Source: Gammaproteobacteria bacterium (GTDB taxonomy: Bacteria > Pseudomonadota > Gammaproteobacteria > Pseudomonadales > Porticoccaceae). From it: 64,000 nucleotides of DNA. The stretch covers positions 245 through 64,244 of the forward strand of contig JBKHWK010000001.1 in NCBI GenBank assembly GCA_046566625.1, in the 5' to 3' direction. A program made the position numbers and the translations under genes. The notes beneath the pieces were generated by a model. It ran no database searches. It saw only the letters and a list, made by a program, of their open reading frames with translations, and was not told the origin of the DNA. Of the stretch, positions 49,956 through 60,831 are shown piece by piece (within the stretch, counting starts at the first letter, position 1; each line of letters opens with the position of its first letter).

Positions 49956-51032
49956 ATGGTTTACGCCGAAATCACCGGATGGGGACGCTGTTTACCTCCA
50001 GCCATCCTGTCCAATCGTGATATCGAAACGATCATGGACACGTCGGATGAGTGGATCGTCAGCCGCAGCGGTATCCGGGAGCGTCGCATCAGCCACGTGA
50101 CGGGGGCCGAGTTGGGTGTGGTCGCCGGAGCCCGCGCACTGGCAGCCGCGGGTATCGCCGCGATCGACGTGGACATGATCGTCTACGCCACCAGCTCCCC
50201 CGACGAACTGGTGCCCAATACCGCCTCTATAGTTCAGAACCGACTCGGGGCCACGCACGCTGGGGTAGTGGACCTCAATGCGGCGTGCAGCGGCTTTGTC
50301 TACGGCTTCAATATGGTTTCCGACATGATCCGTGCCGGCAGTATCCGCACGGCTCTGGTCATCGGTTCGGAGCGCCTGAGCTCGCTGATGAACTGGTCGC
50401 GGCGCGAGTCGGCGATCCTGTTTGGCGATGGCGCCGGAGCTTTCGTGCTGCAGGCGTCAGCGCACGAAAGCGGATTTTTTGCCGGTAAGCTCGGTTGTGT
50501 GCCCGGTACCCGCGAGCTGCTCGCGATCCCCGATTTCGGCCTGGATGCCATCGCGCAGCACCGGCCGCTCGATATCTCCATCGACTTCAGCGGGCGTGAA
50601 ATTTTCAAACATGCCGTCAAGGGCATGGGCGATGCCTGCGAGGCGGTATTGGCCCAGGGCGGAGTCCGGTTGCCTGAGCTCGATCTGGTGGTGCCCCACC
50701 AGGCCAATCTCCGCATCGTGGAAGCGGTAGTGCGACGCTTGGGCGTGAGCCCGGACAAGGTGGTGCTGACGTTGGAGAAATACGCTAACACGTCCACCAG
50801 TTCGATTCCCATCGCCCTTTGCGAAGCCCTGGAAGATGGCCGCGTCAAACCCGGTATGACCATCCTGTTCACGGCTTTTGGTGCCGGTCTGACCTGGGCC
50901 GCGAGTTTGCTCCGCTGGGGTCAGCGCGTGACGCCGCTCGGTACCTCCGACCTCGAACTGCCGCCGTGCGACAAGACCGGTCTCGAGCTCACCCGGGCTG
51001 CCATCGCGCGGCGGGCGCGGCAGGGCACCTGA
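49956..51032 (+). CDS. Beta-ketoacyl-ACP synthase III family protein (FabH-like)
   Basis: NAACSGFVYG (active-site Cys), VPHQANLRI (His) and YANTSTSSIP (Asn). Has a roughly 40-aa C-terminal extension. Inserted between rnhB and dnaE. Confidence 0.85.
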   Translation: MVYAEITGWGRCLPPAILSNRDIETIMDTSDEWIVSRSGIRERRISHVTGAELGVVAGARALAAAGIAAIDVDMIVYATSSPDELVPNTASIVQNRLGATHAGVVDLNAACSGFVYGFNMVSDMIRAGSIRTALVIGSERLSSLMNWSRRESAILFGDGAGAFVLQASAHESGFFAGKLGCVPGTRELLAIPDFGLDAIAQHRPLDISIDFSGREIFKHAVKGMGDACEAVLAQGGVRLPELDLVVPHQANLRIVEAVVRRLGVSPDKVVLTLEKYANTSTSSIPIALCEALEDGRVKPGMTILFTAFGAGLTWAASLLRWGQRVTPLGTSDLELPPCDKTGLELTRAAIARRARQGT

Positions 51033-51039
51033 CCTGCGG

Positions 51040-54000
51040 ATGGCCGTTTCCGAACCGCAATTCATCCACCTCAGCGTCCACAGCGAATATTCACTGGTGG
51101 ACGGTCTGGTCCGCATCGACGAGCTGGTCGAGCGTACTGTCGAACTGGGGATGCCGGCGGTCGCGCTGACCGACGTCTGCAATTTTTTTGCGCTGGTGAA
51201 ATTCTATGAAGCCGCCCAGCGCCGGGGTCTCAAGCCCATCTGCGGCGCCGAGTTCACCCTGGCCGACGCCAATGGTGCCGCGCCGGCGCGACTCACCCTG
51301 CTGGTGCAAAATGAAATCGGGTATCGCAACCTCACGCGCCTCATGTCGCGCGGTTATCTGGAAGGTCAGGTCCAGGGTCGGCCGACCTTGCGCCGGGACT
51401 GGATCAGGGCCGCGAGCGAAGGCCTGATCGCGCTCTCCGGAGGCCGCTTCGGCGACGTGGGGCAGGCGCTGCTCAGCCGGCGCGAGGACGCCGCAACCCT
51501 GTTGCAGGGCTGGCTGAAGGATTTTCCCGATCGCTACTATCTCGAACTGCATCGCACCGGCCGCCCCGACGAGGACGAGTATCTGCATCGCGCCGTGGCC
51601 CTGGCCGCCGAGCACGACTGCCCCGTGGTGGCCACCAACGATGTGCGTTTTCTCGCGCCCGACCAGTTCGATGCCCACGAGGCGCGGGTGTGCATCAACG
51701 AGAGCCGTACCCTCACAGATCCGCGCCGCGAGCGCCGCTACAGCGACCGGCAGTATTTGCGCTCGCCCGCCGAGATGGCAGAACTGTTCGACGACCTGCC
51801 CGAGGCGCTCGCCAACAGCGTCGAGATCGCGCGGCGCTGCAATCTGGAACTGCGGCTGGATCAGGTGCGCCTGCCGGAGTACCCGGTGCCGGCCGGCATG
51901 TCGGCTGCCGAGTTTTTTCGCCGGGTATCCGCCGACGGGCTGGAGCGGCGCCTGGCAGTGCTGCTGGATCCCGCGCACCCCGATTACCAGGAGCAGCGTG
52001 CGACCTACAGCGCGCGGCTGGAATTCGAGATCGGCATCATCGAACAGATGGGGTTCGCGGGTTACTTCCTGATCGTGATGGACTTCATCCGCTGGGCCAA
52101 GGCCAACGACATTCCCGTGGGTCCGGGACGCGGCTCCGGCGCCGGCTCGCTGGTGGCCTATGCGCTCGAGATCACCGATCTCGACCCGCTTGCCTACGAC
52201 CTGCTGTTCGAGCGTTTCCTCAATCCCGAGCGGGTGTCGATGCCCGATTTCGACATCGACTTTTGCATGGACAACCGCGACCGCGTGATCGCCTATGTGG
52301 CGGATCGCTATGGCCGCGAGGCGGTGTCCCAGATCATCACCTTCGGCACCATGGCGGCCAAGGCGGTGGTGCGCGATGTGGCTCGTGTGCAGGGCAAGTC
52401 GTACGGTCTCGCCGACAAGCTCTCGAAAATGATTCCCAACGAACTGGGCATCACGCTGGAAAAGGCACGTGAACAGGAAGAAGTGCTGCGCGATTTTCTG
52501 GCCGGCGATGACGAGGCCCAGGAGATCTGGGACATGGCACTCCAGCTCGAAGGTCTTACGCGCAACGCCGGCAAACATGCGGGCGGCGTGGTCATCGCGC
52601 CCGGCGCCATCACCGATTTCGCGCCGCTCTATTGCGATGCCGCCGGCGAAGGTCTGGTGACCCAGTTCGACAAGGACGATGTCGAGCGCGTGGGTCTGGT
52701 GAAGTTCGACTTCCTCGGTCTGCGCACCCTGACCATCATCGACTGGGCGGTACGCAACGCCAATCGCGAACGGGCGCGTACCGGCGAGGCGCCGATCGTG
52801 ATCGCCGCGATTCCCCTCGACGATCCGGCGACCTATGTTTTGTTGCAAAAGGCGCGCACCACGGCGGTGTTTCAGCTCGAATCGCGCGGCATCCGCGAAC
52901 TTATCCTGCGCCTCAAGCCGAGCCGCTTCGAGGATATCGTGGCGCTGGTGGCCCTGTTTCGGCCAGGCCCGTTGCAGTCGGGCATGGTGGACGATTTTAT
53001 CGACCGCAAGCACGGCCGGCAGCCGGTGGCTTATCCGCACCCGAAATACCAGCATTCCGCGCTCAAGCCGGTGCTCGAACCCACCTACGGTATCATCCTG
53101 TATCAGGAACAGGTGATGCAGATCGCGCAGGTGCTGGGCGGTTACTCCCTCGGCGAAGCCGACCTGCTGCGTCGCGCCATGGGCAAAAAGAAAGCCGAGG
53201 AAATGGCCGAGCAGCGCGCGATCTTTCGCGCGGGCGCCATCGCCAACGGCATCGCTGCGGAGCTCGCGGAAAACATCTTCGACCTGATGGAGAAATTTGC
53301 CGGCTACGGCTTCAACAAATCACACTCGGCGGCCTATGCGCTGCTCGCGTATCAGACGGCCTGGCTCAAGGCCCATTATCCGGCGGCTTTCATGGCGGCG
53401 GTGCTGTCCGCCGATATGCAGAACACCGATAAGGTGGTTACGCTCATCGACGAATGCCGGGCGCTGGCGCTCGAGGTCGTGCCGCCGGATGTCAACGCCG
53501 GGCTCTATCAGTTCTCGGTCGCCACGGATGGCTGCGTCATCTACGGACTCGGTGCGATCAAGGGTCTCGGGCAGGGGCCGGTGGATGCCATCATCGCGGC
53601 TCGCGAAGCCGGTGGACCCTTTCTTGACCTGTTCGATTTTTGTGCCCGTGTCGATTCCCGCCGGCTCAACAAACGCGCGCTCGACGCGCTCATTCGCGCC
53701 GGCGCCATGGACACCCTGGGTCCGGAGCAGGATGCGTTCGGGACCGTCGCCGAAATCGGTTATCGCCGTGCGGTGCTGTTTGCGGCCACGGATGAGGCGG
53801 TGCGTCTGGCGGAACAGCAGGCCCGCAATCTGGATGCCGGCATCGGCGATTTGTTCGGTGGCGTACCCACACAGCGGGCGACGCGGCGGGGCTATGCGTC
53901 CTACGCGACCGTGCCGGGATTCGGTGTGGCCGAGCGTCTGCGCGGCGAGAAGGAGACGCTCGGACTCTACCTGACCGGGCACCCCCTCGACGAATACGCC

Positions 54001-54561
54001 GACGAACTGGAGCGCCTGGCCCCGCTGCGCATTGCCGCGCTGCGTGCCGGGCGCGAAGCCCAGCGTCTGGTGGGGTTGGTGGTCGGTACCCGCAGCATGA
54101 AAACCCGGCGTGGCGACACCATGTGCTTCATCACCTTGGACGACCGCAGCGGTCGCATCGAGGTGGCGGTGTTTGCCGATCTGTACCGCGAGCATCGGGA
54201 AAAACTGGCTCGCGATGCCATTCTCGTCGTCGAGGGCCAGGTCAGCGAAGACGACTACAGCGGCGGGCTCAAGATGCGTGCCGATAGCGTCAAAACTCTG
54301 GCCGAGGCGCGCGGCGCCGCGCTGAAAAGCCTGGTGCTGGAATTGCGCGGCGACCGCATCGGCCCCGCTGGGGCAACACAGTTGGCCGATATTCTCGCGC
54401 CCTACCGGCGGGGTAGTTGCCCGCTGCGGCTGCGCTATCGCTGCGCCGACGCCGTGGGCGAGATTGCGCTGCCACCGGATTGGGCACTGAATCCTGCGGA
54501 TGAACTCCTTCACCGGCTGAGGGATAATTTCGGTCGGGACAGCCTGCAACTCAACTACTGA
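51040..54561 (+). CDS. dnaE: DNA polymerase III subunit alpha
   Basis: 1173 aa. PHP domain N-terminus [15 protein letters not shown], palm motif PDFDIDF, and an OB fold near the C-terminus. Confidence 0.97.
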   Translation: MAVSEPQFIHLSVHSEYSLVDGLVRIDELVERTVELGMPAVALTDVCNFFALVKFYEAAQRRGLKPICGAEFTLADANGAAPARLTLLVQNEIGYRNLTRLMSRGYLEGQVQGRPTLRRDWIRAASEGLIALSGGRFGDVGQALLSRREDAATLLQGWLKDFPDRYYLELHRTGRPDEDEYLHRAVALAAEHDCPVVATNDVRFLAPDQFDAHEARVCINESRTLTDPRRERRYSDRQYLRSPAEMAELFDDLPEALANSVEIARRCNLELRLDQVRLPEYPVPAGMSAAEFFRRVSADGLERRLAVLLDPAHPDYQEQRATYSARLEFEIGIIEQMGFAGYFLIVMDFIRWAKANDIPVGPGRGSGAGSLVAYALEITDLDPLAYDLLFERFLNPERVSMPDFDIDFCMDNRDRVIAYVADRYGREAVSQIITFGTMAAKAVVRDVARVQGKSYGLADKLSKMIPNELGITLEKAREQEEVLRDFLAGDDEAQEIWDMALQLEGLTRNAGKHAGGVVIAPGAITDFAPLYCDAAGEGLVTQFDKDDVERVGLVKFDFLGLRTLTIIDWAVRNANRERARTGEAPIVIAAIPLDDPATYVLLQKARTTAVFQLESRGIRELILRLKPSRFEDIVALVALFRPGPLQSGMVDDFIDRKHGRQPVAYPHPKYQHSALKPVLEPTYGIILYQEQVMQIAQVLGGYSLGEADLLRRAMGKKKAEEMAEQRAIFRAGAIANGIAAELAENIFDLMEKFAGYGFNKSHSAAYALLAYQTAWLKAHYPAAFMAAVLSADMQNTDKVVTLIDECRALALEVVPPDVNAGLYQFSVATDGCVIYGLGAIKGLGQGPVDAIIAAREAGGPFLDLFDFCARVDSRRLNKRALDALIRAGAMDTLGPEQDAFGTVAEIGYRRAVLFAATDEAVRLAEQQARNLDAGIGDLFGGVPTQRATRRGYASYATVPGFGVAERLRGEKETLGLYLTGHPLDEYADELERLAPLRIAALRAGREAQRLVGLVVGTRSMKTRRGDTMCFITLDDRSGRIEVAVFADLYREHREKLARDAILVVEGQVSEDDYSGGLKMRADSVKTLAEARGAALKSLVLELRGDRIGPAGATQLADILAPYRRGSCPLRLRYRCADAVGEIALPPDWALNPADELLHRLRDNFGRDSLQLNY

Positions 54562-54601
54562 TACCGCCGTCCGCTGCGGCGGAGGGCCACTGGATTTTCC
54601 A

Positions 54602-55552
54602 ATGAATCTCGATTATCTGGATTTCGAACAACCCATTGCCGTACTGGAAGCCAAGATTGAAGAGCTCCAGCTCGTCAGCGACGACAACGCGCTCAACATC
54701 GCCGCCGAGATCACCACGCTGCGGGAAAAATCTCGCAAGCTGACCGAGAGCATCTACAGCAATCTATCGTCCTGGCAGGTGGTGCAGATCGCTCGTCACC
54801 CGTTGCGCCCCTACGCCAGCGATTACATTCCGCTGCTCTTCACCGAGTTCGATGAGCTCCACGGTGACCGTCACTTTGGCGATGATCGGGCGATCATCGG
54901 CGGTGTGGCGCGCATCGATGATCGGCCCGTGGTGGTCATTGCCGAGGAAAAAGGGCGCGGCATCACCGAAAAAATCCGGAGCAACTTCGGCATGCCCAAA
55001 CCCGAGGGATACCGCAAGGCGCTGCGCCTGATGGAGCTTGCCGAACGTTTCTCGCTGCCGGTGCTCACCCTCATCGACACGCCCGGCGCGTACCCGGGCA
55101 TCGATTCCGAAGAGCGCGGCATCAGCCAGGCCATCGCCCAGAACCTGGCGGTAATGTCGCGGCTGCGCACCCCGGTCATTTGCACGGTGATTGGCGAGGG
55201 CAGCTCCGGTGGCGCTATTGCCATCGGCGTCGGCGACTGGCTGAACATGCTGCAATACTCGACCTATTTCGTGATCTCTCCGGAAGGTTGCGCCAACATC
55301 ATCTGGAAAACCGCCGAGAAGGCGCCGCTTGCCGCCGAAGCCATGGGGGTCACTTCCAAGGTGCTGGAGGAGTTGGGTATCGTCGATGAGACCATCCCCG
55401 AACCCCTGGGGGGCGCGCATCGCGACCTCGGCACCATGGCGACGACCCTGCGCACTCGTCTTGCCGCCCAGCTCGACCGCCTGTGCGCGGAACCGGTCGA
55501 CACGCTGGTGGAACGGCGCTTCCAGCGCCTGATGTCTTACGGCAACCCCTGA
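54602..55552 (+). CDS. accA: Acetyl-CoA carboxylase carboxyltransferase subunit alpha
   Basis: [22 protein letters not shown] and [18 protein letters not shown]. Confidence 0.96.
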   Translation: MNLDYLDFEQPIAVLEAKIEELQLVSDDNALNIAAEITTLREKSRKLTESIYSNLSSWQVVQIARHPLRPYASDYIPLLFTEFDELHGDRHFGDDRAIIGGVARIDDRPVVVIAEEKGRGITEKIRSNFGMPKPEGYRKALRLMELAERFSLPVLTLIDTPGAYPGIDSEERGISQAIAQNLAVMSRLRTPVICTVIGEGSSGGAIAIGVGDWLNMLQYSTYFVISPEGCANIIWKTAEKAPLAAEAMGVTSKVLEELGIVDETIPEPLGGAHRDLGTMATTLRTRLAAQLDRLCAEPVDTLVERRFQRLMSYGNP

Positions 55553-55574
55553 TGCGTCTATTGATGCTGGGGCC

Positions 55575-56906
55575 GTGGTGACGGATCTCGACGGCGTTCT
55601 CACCGCAGCCCTGGCATCGCGACCCGCGACCCGCATTCTTATCGCTTACAGCGGCGGCATGGATTCCCACGCCCTGTTGCACCTGTTGTGGCGCCGGCGG
55701 GGCCCGGAGTCGCTGCTTGCGGTGCACGTCAATCACGGATTGTCGCCGCAGGCCAGTCACTGGGAAACCCACTGCCGGCGCACATGCGACGCGCTGGGCA
55801 TCGCCTGCCACTCCGAACAGGTGACCGTGGCTCCAGGTCCGCATGGCCTTGAGGCCAGCGCCAGAGACGCGCGTTACGGGGTGTTCAAGCGCAAGCTGGA
55901 GCACGGCGACCTGCTGGTATTGGGTCATCATGCCGATGATCTGGCAGAAACCCTGTTGTACCGGCTGCTGCGGAGCGGTGTTCCCGCAGGCATGCCGGTC
56001 GCGCGACCGCTCGGCCGCGGTTGGCTGCTGCGCCCTTTGCTCGGAGTGCCGCGTGGGTCGCTGCGCGACTATGCGCAGCGCCATCACCTCGACTGGATCG
56101 AAGACGAAAGCAATGCGCGCCTCGATTTTGATCGCAATTATCTGCGCCATCGCGTGTTGCCCGTAATGACCGCGCGCTGGCCGGACGCCGTGGCGCGGCT
56201 GCAGCGGGTCGCCGACCAGAGCCGGGTGGCAGCGGAACTGGGGCAGGATCTGGCTGCTATCGATCTGGCGGGTCTTGATGAACGCCCCGAACGCGTCGGG
56301 CGCAGCCTGAGCCTGGCCGGACTGGCCAAGCTGGCGACGCACCGACAACGCAATCTGCTGCGCCACTGGCAACTCCCGGAGGCGACCGGCGAGGAACCCG
56401 GCGCCCGTGTTCTCGACGCCCTGTTTCGCGACCTGATCGGCGCCGCTCCCGACGCCGCCCCGTTGGTGGAATGGTCGGGCGGACAGTGGCGGCGCTTTCG
56501 CAATCGACTGTATCTGTTGCCGCCTCATTGGGGTGCCGCGCCGTCTCGCGACCGGGGTCCTTGGCCCTGGTCACCGGAAATGCCGCTCGAACTGCCGGAT
56601 GGGGCTCATTTCAGCGCCCAGCCGGCGCTTGGCCTGGGGCTGCGTGTTACCTTGCCGGGTGCCCGCCTCAGCGTTCGTTATCGATCGGGCGGGGAGCGCG
56701 TCCATCCCCAGGGGCGTGGCGCCTCCAATACGCTTAAAAGGGTGCTTCAGGAGCAGGCTCTTGAGCCTTGGCTGCGGGATCGAGTGCCGTTGATCGAGCG
56801 CGACGGGGAACTGGTTGCGGTAGGCGATTTGTTTGTCTGTCGACCCGTCGCGGCCGGGGTCGGCGAATCTGGCTGGCTGCCGGAATGGCGTTGTCCGGCG
56901 CTTTAG
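55575..56906 (+). CDS. tilS: tRNA(Ile)-lysidine synthase
   Basis: PP-loop SGGMDS. dnaE-accA-tilS synteny. Confidence 0.92.
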   Translation: MVTDLDGVLTAALASRPATRILIAYSGGMDSHALLHLLWRRRGPESLLAVHVNHGLSPQASHWETHCRRTCDALGIACHSEQVTVAPGPHGLEASARDARYGVFKRKLEHGDLLVLGHHADDLAETLLYRLLRSGVPAGMPVARPLGRGWLLRPLLGVPRGSLRDYAQRHHLDWIEDESNARLDFDRNYLRHRVLPVMTARWPDAVARLQRVADQSRVAAELGQDLAAIDLAGLDERPERVGRSLSLAGLAKLATHRQRNLLRHWQLPEATGEEPGARVLDALFRDLIGAAPDAAPLVEWSGGQWRRFRNRLYLLPPHWGAAPSRDRGPWPWSPEMPLELPDGAHFSAQPALGLGLRVTLPGARLSVRYRSGGERVHPQGRGASNTLKRVLQEQALEPWLRDRVPLIERDGELVAVGDLFVCRPVAAGVGESGWLPEWRCPAL

Positions 56907-56910
56907 CTGA

Positions 56911-57051
56911 CAGCTTGTTGAAAAACGTCGCGAGGGGGCCAGCTGCGAGGCGCACGGCGCGCAGCGACCGAGATATATCGGGTAGATAGGCGAGGGAGCG
57001 AGCACCGCGCAACGAAGCAGATGGCTGCCGCAGCAGTTTTTCAACAAGCTG
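56911..57051. repeat. MITE-like imperfect-palindrome element, copy C (complete, 141 bp)
   Basis: Perfect 16-bp terminal inverted repeats CAGCTTGTTGAAAAAC (56911-56926) and GTTTTTCAACAAGCTG (57036-57051). Starts 5 nt after the tilS stop. No ORF of its own. Confidence 0.9.
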
Positions 57052-57159
57052 AAAAAAATACTCAAAGACAGTGTGTTACCGTTGGAAATTGAGGCGAATT
57101 TGAGGATACTGGGCGGGTAGAGGCGTGACTGCCCCGCCTCACCCAATTCGAGGACGATC

Positions 57160-58026
57160 ATGAACCGCTACTCTGTGCGCGCAACCTTCCGCAGCCTGCT
57201 GGCGGCGACCCTGGCACTCGGCGTCCTGGCAGCCGGGAGCGCGCAGGCGGCGGGCAAGCCGAAGGCACCGCAAATCCAGTCGCGCTCGGCATTGGTGATG
57301 CGCGCCGATACCGGCGAGGTGCTCTACCAGAAAAATGCCCAACAAGCCGTGCCCATTGCCTCCATCACCAAACTCATGACCGCCATGGTCGTGCTCGATG
57401 CCAAGCAGTCGCTGGACCAAACCATCCAGATCACCAAGGCGGATGTTGATCGCCTGCGCGGCAGCAGCTCGCGACTTGCCGTGGGCACGGTCCTGACGCG
57501 CCGCCAGGCATTCACGCTGGCATTGATGTCGTCCGAAAACCGCGCTGCCTCGGCGTTACTGCGCAATTATCCGGGCGGCAAAGCCGCTGGCGTGGCGGCG
57601 ATGAATCGCAAGGCCAAGGCGCTGGGTATGACGCATACGCGTTTCGTGGAGGCAACCGGACTGTCCGGAGACAACCGCTCAACGCCGTCGGATCTGGCGC
57701 GCATGGTCAAGGCGGCGAGTCGGTACCCCCATATTCGCGATTTTTCAACGAGGCGCGAGCTGACCGTCAAGGTGGGCCGCTACCCGACCCTCTATCGCAA
57801 CACCAATCCGCTGGTGCGCAACCGGTCGTGGGACATCGACATCACCAAGACCGGGTACCTCAGCGAGGCCGGGCGCTGCCTGGTGATGCAAACCACCATC
57901 ACCGGCAAGCCGGTGGTCATGGTGCTGATGAACTCCTCGGGGACTCTTACGCGGGTCGGTGATGCCGGCCGCATTCGGCGCTGGATGGAAACAACGCGGC
58001 CCGCGCAGATCGCTGCCCGGCGCTGA
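57160..58026 (+). CDS. pbpG: D-alanyl-D-alanine endopeptidase (PBP7/PbpG-type, peptidase S11)
   Basis: Signal peptide, then the SxxK (ASITKLM), SxN (SSEN) and KTG (ITKTGY) motifs. Confidence 0.88.
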   Translation: MNRYSVRATFRSLLAATLALGVLAAGSAQAAGKPKAPQIQSRSALVMRADTGEVLYQKNAQQAVPIASITKLMTAMVVLDAKQSLDQTIQITKADVDRLRGSSSRLAVGTVLTRRQAFTLALMSSENRAASALLRNYPGGKAAGVAAMNRKAKALGMTHTRFVEATGLSGDNRSTPSDLARMVKAASRYPHIRDFSTRRELTVKVGRYPTLYRNTNPLVRNRSWDIDITKTGYLSEAGRCLVMQTTITGKPVVMVLMNSSGTLTRVGDAGRIRRWMETTRPAQIAARR

Positions 58027-58225
58027 AATTGCGCGATAAGCGCCCCTAAACAACGGGTTCGCGGCAAGGAGCTTGCTCGATTTTCGTGAACTCCAGCCAT
58101 CGGGAAATTCCGTTTTCTCAAGCGCGGCCGCATTCGCGGACCCGCTGCGTTGGTTTTGCCATGGTCTGCCAGCGTCGCGTAATCTGCGGGCTTGGCGGTA
58201 TGTCCACGGCGGAGGGGTGAGATTA

Positions 58226-59743
58226 GTGGCGGTAGCGCATTTCGACGTATTGATCATCGGCGCTGGCATTTCCGGGATCGGCGCCGCCTTTCATCTGCAG
58301 CGCGACTGCCCGACCAAAAGCTACGCCATACTTGAGAGCCGCAACGCCTTGGGGGGGACCTGGGACCTGTTTCGCTACCCGGGGATTCGCTCCGATTCCG
58401 ATATGTATACCCTGGGCTACTCCTTCAAGCCCTGGAAGGAACAGAAAGCCATTGCCGACGGACCTGCCATCCTCAGGTATCTGGAAGAAACCGCCGACGA
58501 AAATCACATCCGGGAAAAAATCCGTTTCCAGCACCAGGTGCGCAGCGCTGCATGGTCGACGGAAACCGCTTGCTGGACCGTGCAGGCTGAGCGTGGGGAA
58601 GCCCGGGAGCCCGTCACTTACACCTGCAATTTTCTGTTTCTGTGCGGAGGTTATTACCGCTACGCGGCGGGCTACACGCCGGATTTTCCGGGAATCGACC
58701 GCTTTCCGGGACGGGTGATTCACCCGCAGCACTGGCCCGACGACGTCGATTACCGCGACAAAAAGGTGGTGGTGATCGGCAGTGGTGCCACCGCCGTGAC
58801 GCTGGTGCCGGAGCTGGCGAAAACGGCCGCGCACGTCACCATGCTGCAACGCTCGCCCACCTACATGCTGTCGCGCCCGTCCGAGGATGCCCTGGCCAAC
58901 CGGCTGCGCCGGATACTGCCGGCGCAGCTCGCCTACGACCTCATCCGCTGGCGCAATGTGCTTCTTACCCTGTTTGTTTTCAGCCGCTCCAAAAAAAGCC
59001 CGGAGCGCATGAAGCGTTACCTCATCAACCAGGTGCGCAAGCGCCTCGGGCCTGACTACGATGTCGCAACGCACTTCACGCCATCCTACGGCCCCTGGGA
59101 TCAGCGTCTGTGTCTGGTGCCGGACGATGATTTCTTTGACGCCATAAAAAGCGGCAGCGCGTCCGTCGTGACCGACCACATCGACACCTTCCTCCCCGAG
59201 GGTATCCGGTTGAAATCCGGGCAGGTGCTTGCGGCGGACATGGTGATTACCGCAACCGGGCTGGCGCTGGAGGTGTTCAACGGTGTCGCGGTGAGTGTCG
59301 ACGGCAAAGCCGTCGTGCCGGGCGAAACCTTCATGTACCGGGGCATGATGTACAACGACGTGCCCAACCTCGCCACCACCTTCGGCTACACCAACGCTTC
59401 CTGGACGTTGCGCGCCGATCTCACCAGCACCTATGTGTGCCGGCTGCTGAACCACATGGAAAAGACCGCGACGCGCCAGTGTACGCCGCGTTTGCGCGAC
59501 CCCACCATGGAGGAAACCGCCTGGTTCAATCTGTCGTCCGGCTATGTGCGCCGCGCCGCCGGCAAGCTGCCAAAACAGGGTGACAAGGATCCGTGGTTTG
59601 CCCCGCAGAACTACCTGCGCGATCTCAAAAACCTGAGGTTTTGCGCGGTCGACGACGGTGCCATGGAGTTCAGCAATCCGCCACGCCCAGACTTGGCCCC
59701 AGAACTCCCGGCCGCGCGGACAGTTGGGCAACGATCGGCCTGA
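58226..59743 (+). CDS. Flavin-dependent Baeyer-Villiger-type monooxygenase (FAD/NADPH-binding)
   Basis: GxGxxG motifs IIGAGISG and VIGSGATA. BVMO fingerprint FPGRVIHPQHW (FxGxxxHxxxW). A GTG start after GGAGG is preferred. The track ORF starts at 58073. Confidence 0.85.
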   Translation: MAVAHFDVLIIGAGISGIGAAFHLQRDCPTKSYAILESRNALGGTWDLFRYPGIRSDSDMYTLGYSFKPWKEQKAIADGPAILRYLEETADENHIREKIRFQHQVRSAAWSTETACWTVQAERGEAREPVTYTCNFLFLCGGYYRYAAGYTPDFPGIDRFPGRVIHPQHWPDDVDYRDKKVVVIGSGATAVTLVPELAKTAAHVTMLQRSPTYMLSRPSEDALANRLRRILPAQLAYDLIRWRNVLLTLFVFSRSKKSPERMKRYLINQVRKRLGPDYDVATHFTPSYGPWDQRLCLVPDDDFFDAIKSGSASVVTDHIDTFLPEGIRLKSGQVLAADMVITATGLALEVFNGVAVSVDGKAVVPGETFMYRGMMYNDVPNLATTFGYTNASWTLRADLTSTYVCRLLNHMEKTATRQCTPRLRDPTMEETAWFNLSSGYVRRAAGKLPKQGDKDPWFAPQNYLRDLKNLRFCAVDDGAMEFSNPPRPDLAPELPAARTVGQRSA

Positions 59744-59899
59744 GCGAGCCCTTGATAAGTCCCGTCGACTCAACCTTTCCGTGCTGGGCAGCTATTCCGC
59801 CAACGAGGTAGAGCACCAGTTGGCCCACGAAGATGCGATGTCTGTTTTTAGCAGTAAATGGCGCATTTCTGCGCATAGGATCAACAGCAGGGAAGTTGC

Positions 59900-59928
59900 A
59901 AAAAACGGGGCTCAGGGCCCCGTTTTTT
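59900..59928. terminator. Bidirectional rho-independent terminator between the convergent BVMO and SDR genes
   Basis: AAAAAACGGGGC-TCAGG-GCCCCGTTTTTT: a perfect 12-bp stem including the A- and T-tracts. Confidence 0.75.
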
Positions 59929-59938
59929 GTGTGTGCTG

Positions 59939-60787
59939 TCAGGTCATGCTCGGCAGTCCGGTATGCGCTGTGAGTCCGCCGTCGATGATGTAGGCGGCGC
60001 CAGTGATGAAGGATGCTTCATCCGAGGCCAGAAACAACACCAGATTGGCGATTTCGCCGGGCTGGCCCAGACGGCCGATTGGGTGCGCGCCGGCCATCCG
60101 CGTACGTAGTTTCTCGCGGGTTTCATCGGACAGCTTGGGCAGGCCGGCAGGGCTGCCCGCCACCGACATGTGGGGTGTCGCCGCGCCGCTGCCGGTTAGC
60201 GCCTGGATCGCCGGTGTGTCGATGGCGCCCGGGCAAACGCAGTTCATGCGGACGCCCCTGGCCGCGTACTCGATGGCCGCGGAGCGGGTGAAGTTGATCA
60301 CGGCGGCCTTGCCGGCGTTGTAGGCGGACATGCCGTAGTCGCCCCTGGTGCCGGAAATGGACGCCGTGTTGACGATGGCGCCGCCGCCCTGGGCGATCAT
60401 GATGGGCAGGGCGTATTTGGTGGCCAGGAAGGGTGCCGTCACATTCACCGCCAGGGTGCGGTTCCAGCCTTCCAGGCTGAGGTTGGTGACGGAGCCCACC
60501 TCCGCCGCCGTGGCGTTATTGTGGAGGATGTCGAGGCGGCCGAACGTCTGCACGGCGTGCCGGATCATGCCCTGCACGGCTTCCGGGTCCGTGACATCGG
60601 CGACGAAATGGGTCGCCTCGCCGCCGCGCTCGCGCAGTGCTGCGGCGACACGTTTGGCGCTGTCGCCGTTGATGTCCACTACCACCACCTTGGCGCCTTC
60701 CTCCTGAAAGCGCAGTGCGGTGGCCTCGCCAATCCCTGAACCGCCACCCGTTATCAAAGCCACTTTACCGGCTACTCGTCCAGCCAT
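59939..60787 (-). CDS. SDR-family oxidoreductase (short-chain dehydrogenase)
   Basis: TGGGSGIG cofactor motif, and catalytic S...YNAGK (YxxxK). Confidence 0.9.
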   Translation of the reverse strand: MAGRVAGKVALITGGGSGIGEATALRFQEEGAKVVVVDINGDSAKRVAAALRERGGEATHFVADVTDPEAVQGMIRHAVQTFGRLDILHNNATAAEVGSVTNLSLEGWNRTLAVNVTAPFLATKYALPIMIAQGGGAIVNTASISGTRGDYGMSAYNAGKAAVINFTRSAAIEYAARGVRMNCVCPGAIDTPAIQALTGSGAATPHMSVAGSPAGLPKLSDETREKLRTRMAGAHPIGRLGQPGEIANLVLFLASDEASFITGAAYIIDGGLTAHTGLPSMT

Positions 60788-60831
60788 GATTCTTTCTCCT
60801 TATTCTAGAAGCGATAGGTCGCGTATTTTTA

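Noticed and set aside
51091-53055. 654-aa ORF antisense to dnaE. Similar long antisense or overlapping ORFs occur elsewhere, e.g. 5538..7100 opposite valS, 58223..59773 opposite the BVMO, 62739..63956 opposite esterase 3, 35163..36353 and 36403..37515 opposite rpsB/tsf/pyrH, and 31542..33098 and 33056..34258 within glnD.
   Set aside because: Stop-free antisense frames are expected in high-GC DNA. Their products are Arg/Gly/Ala/His-rich with no recognisable motifs, while the opposite strand encodes proteins with unambiguous family signatures and conserved synteny.
54562-54601. Hairpin CCGCCG-TCCGCTG-CGGCGG after dnaE, considered as a terminator.
   Set aside because: No U-tract follows, and accA starts about 25 nt after the hairpin (54602, 40 nt after the dnaE stop), so read-through is likely.
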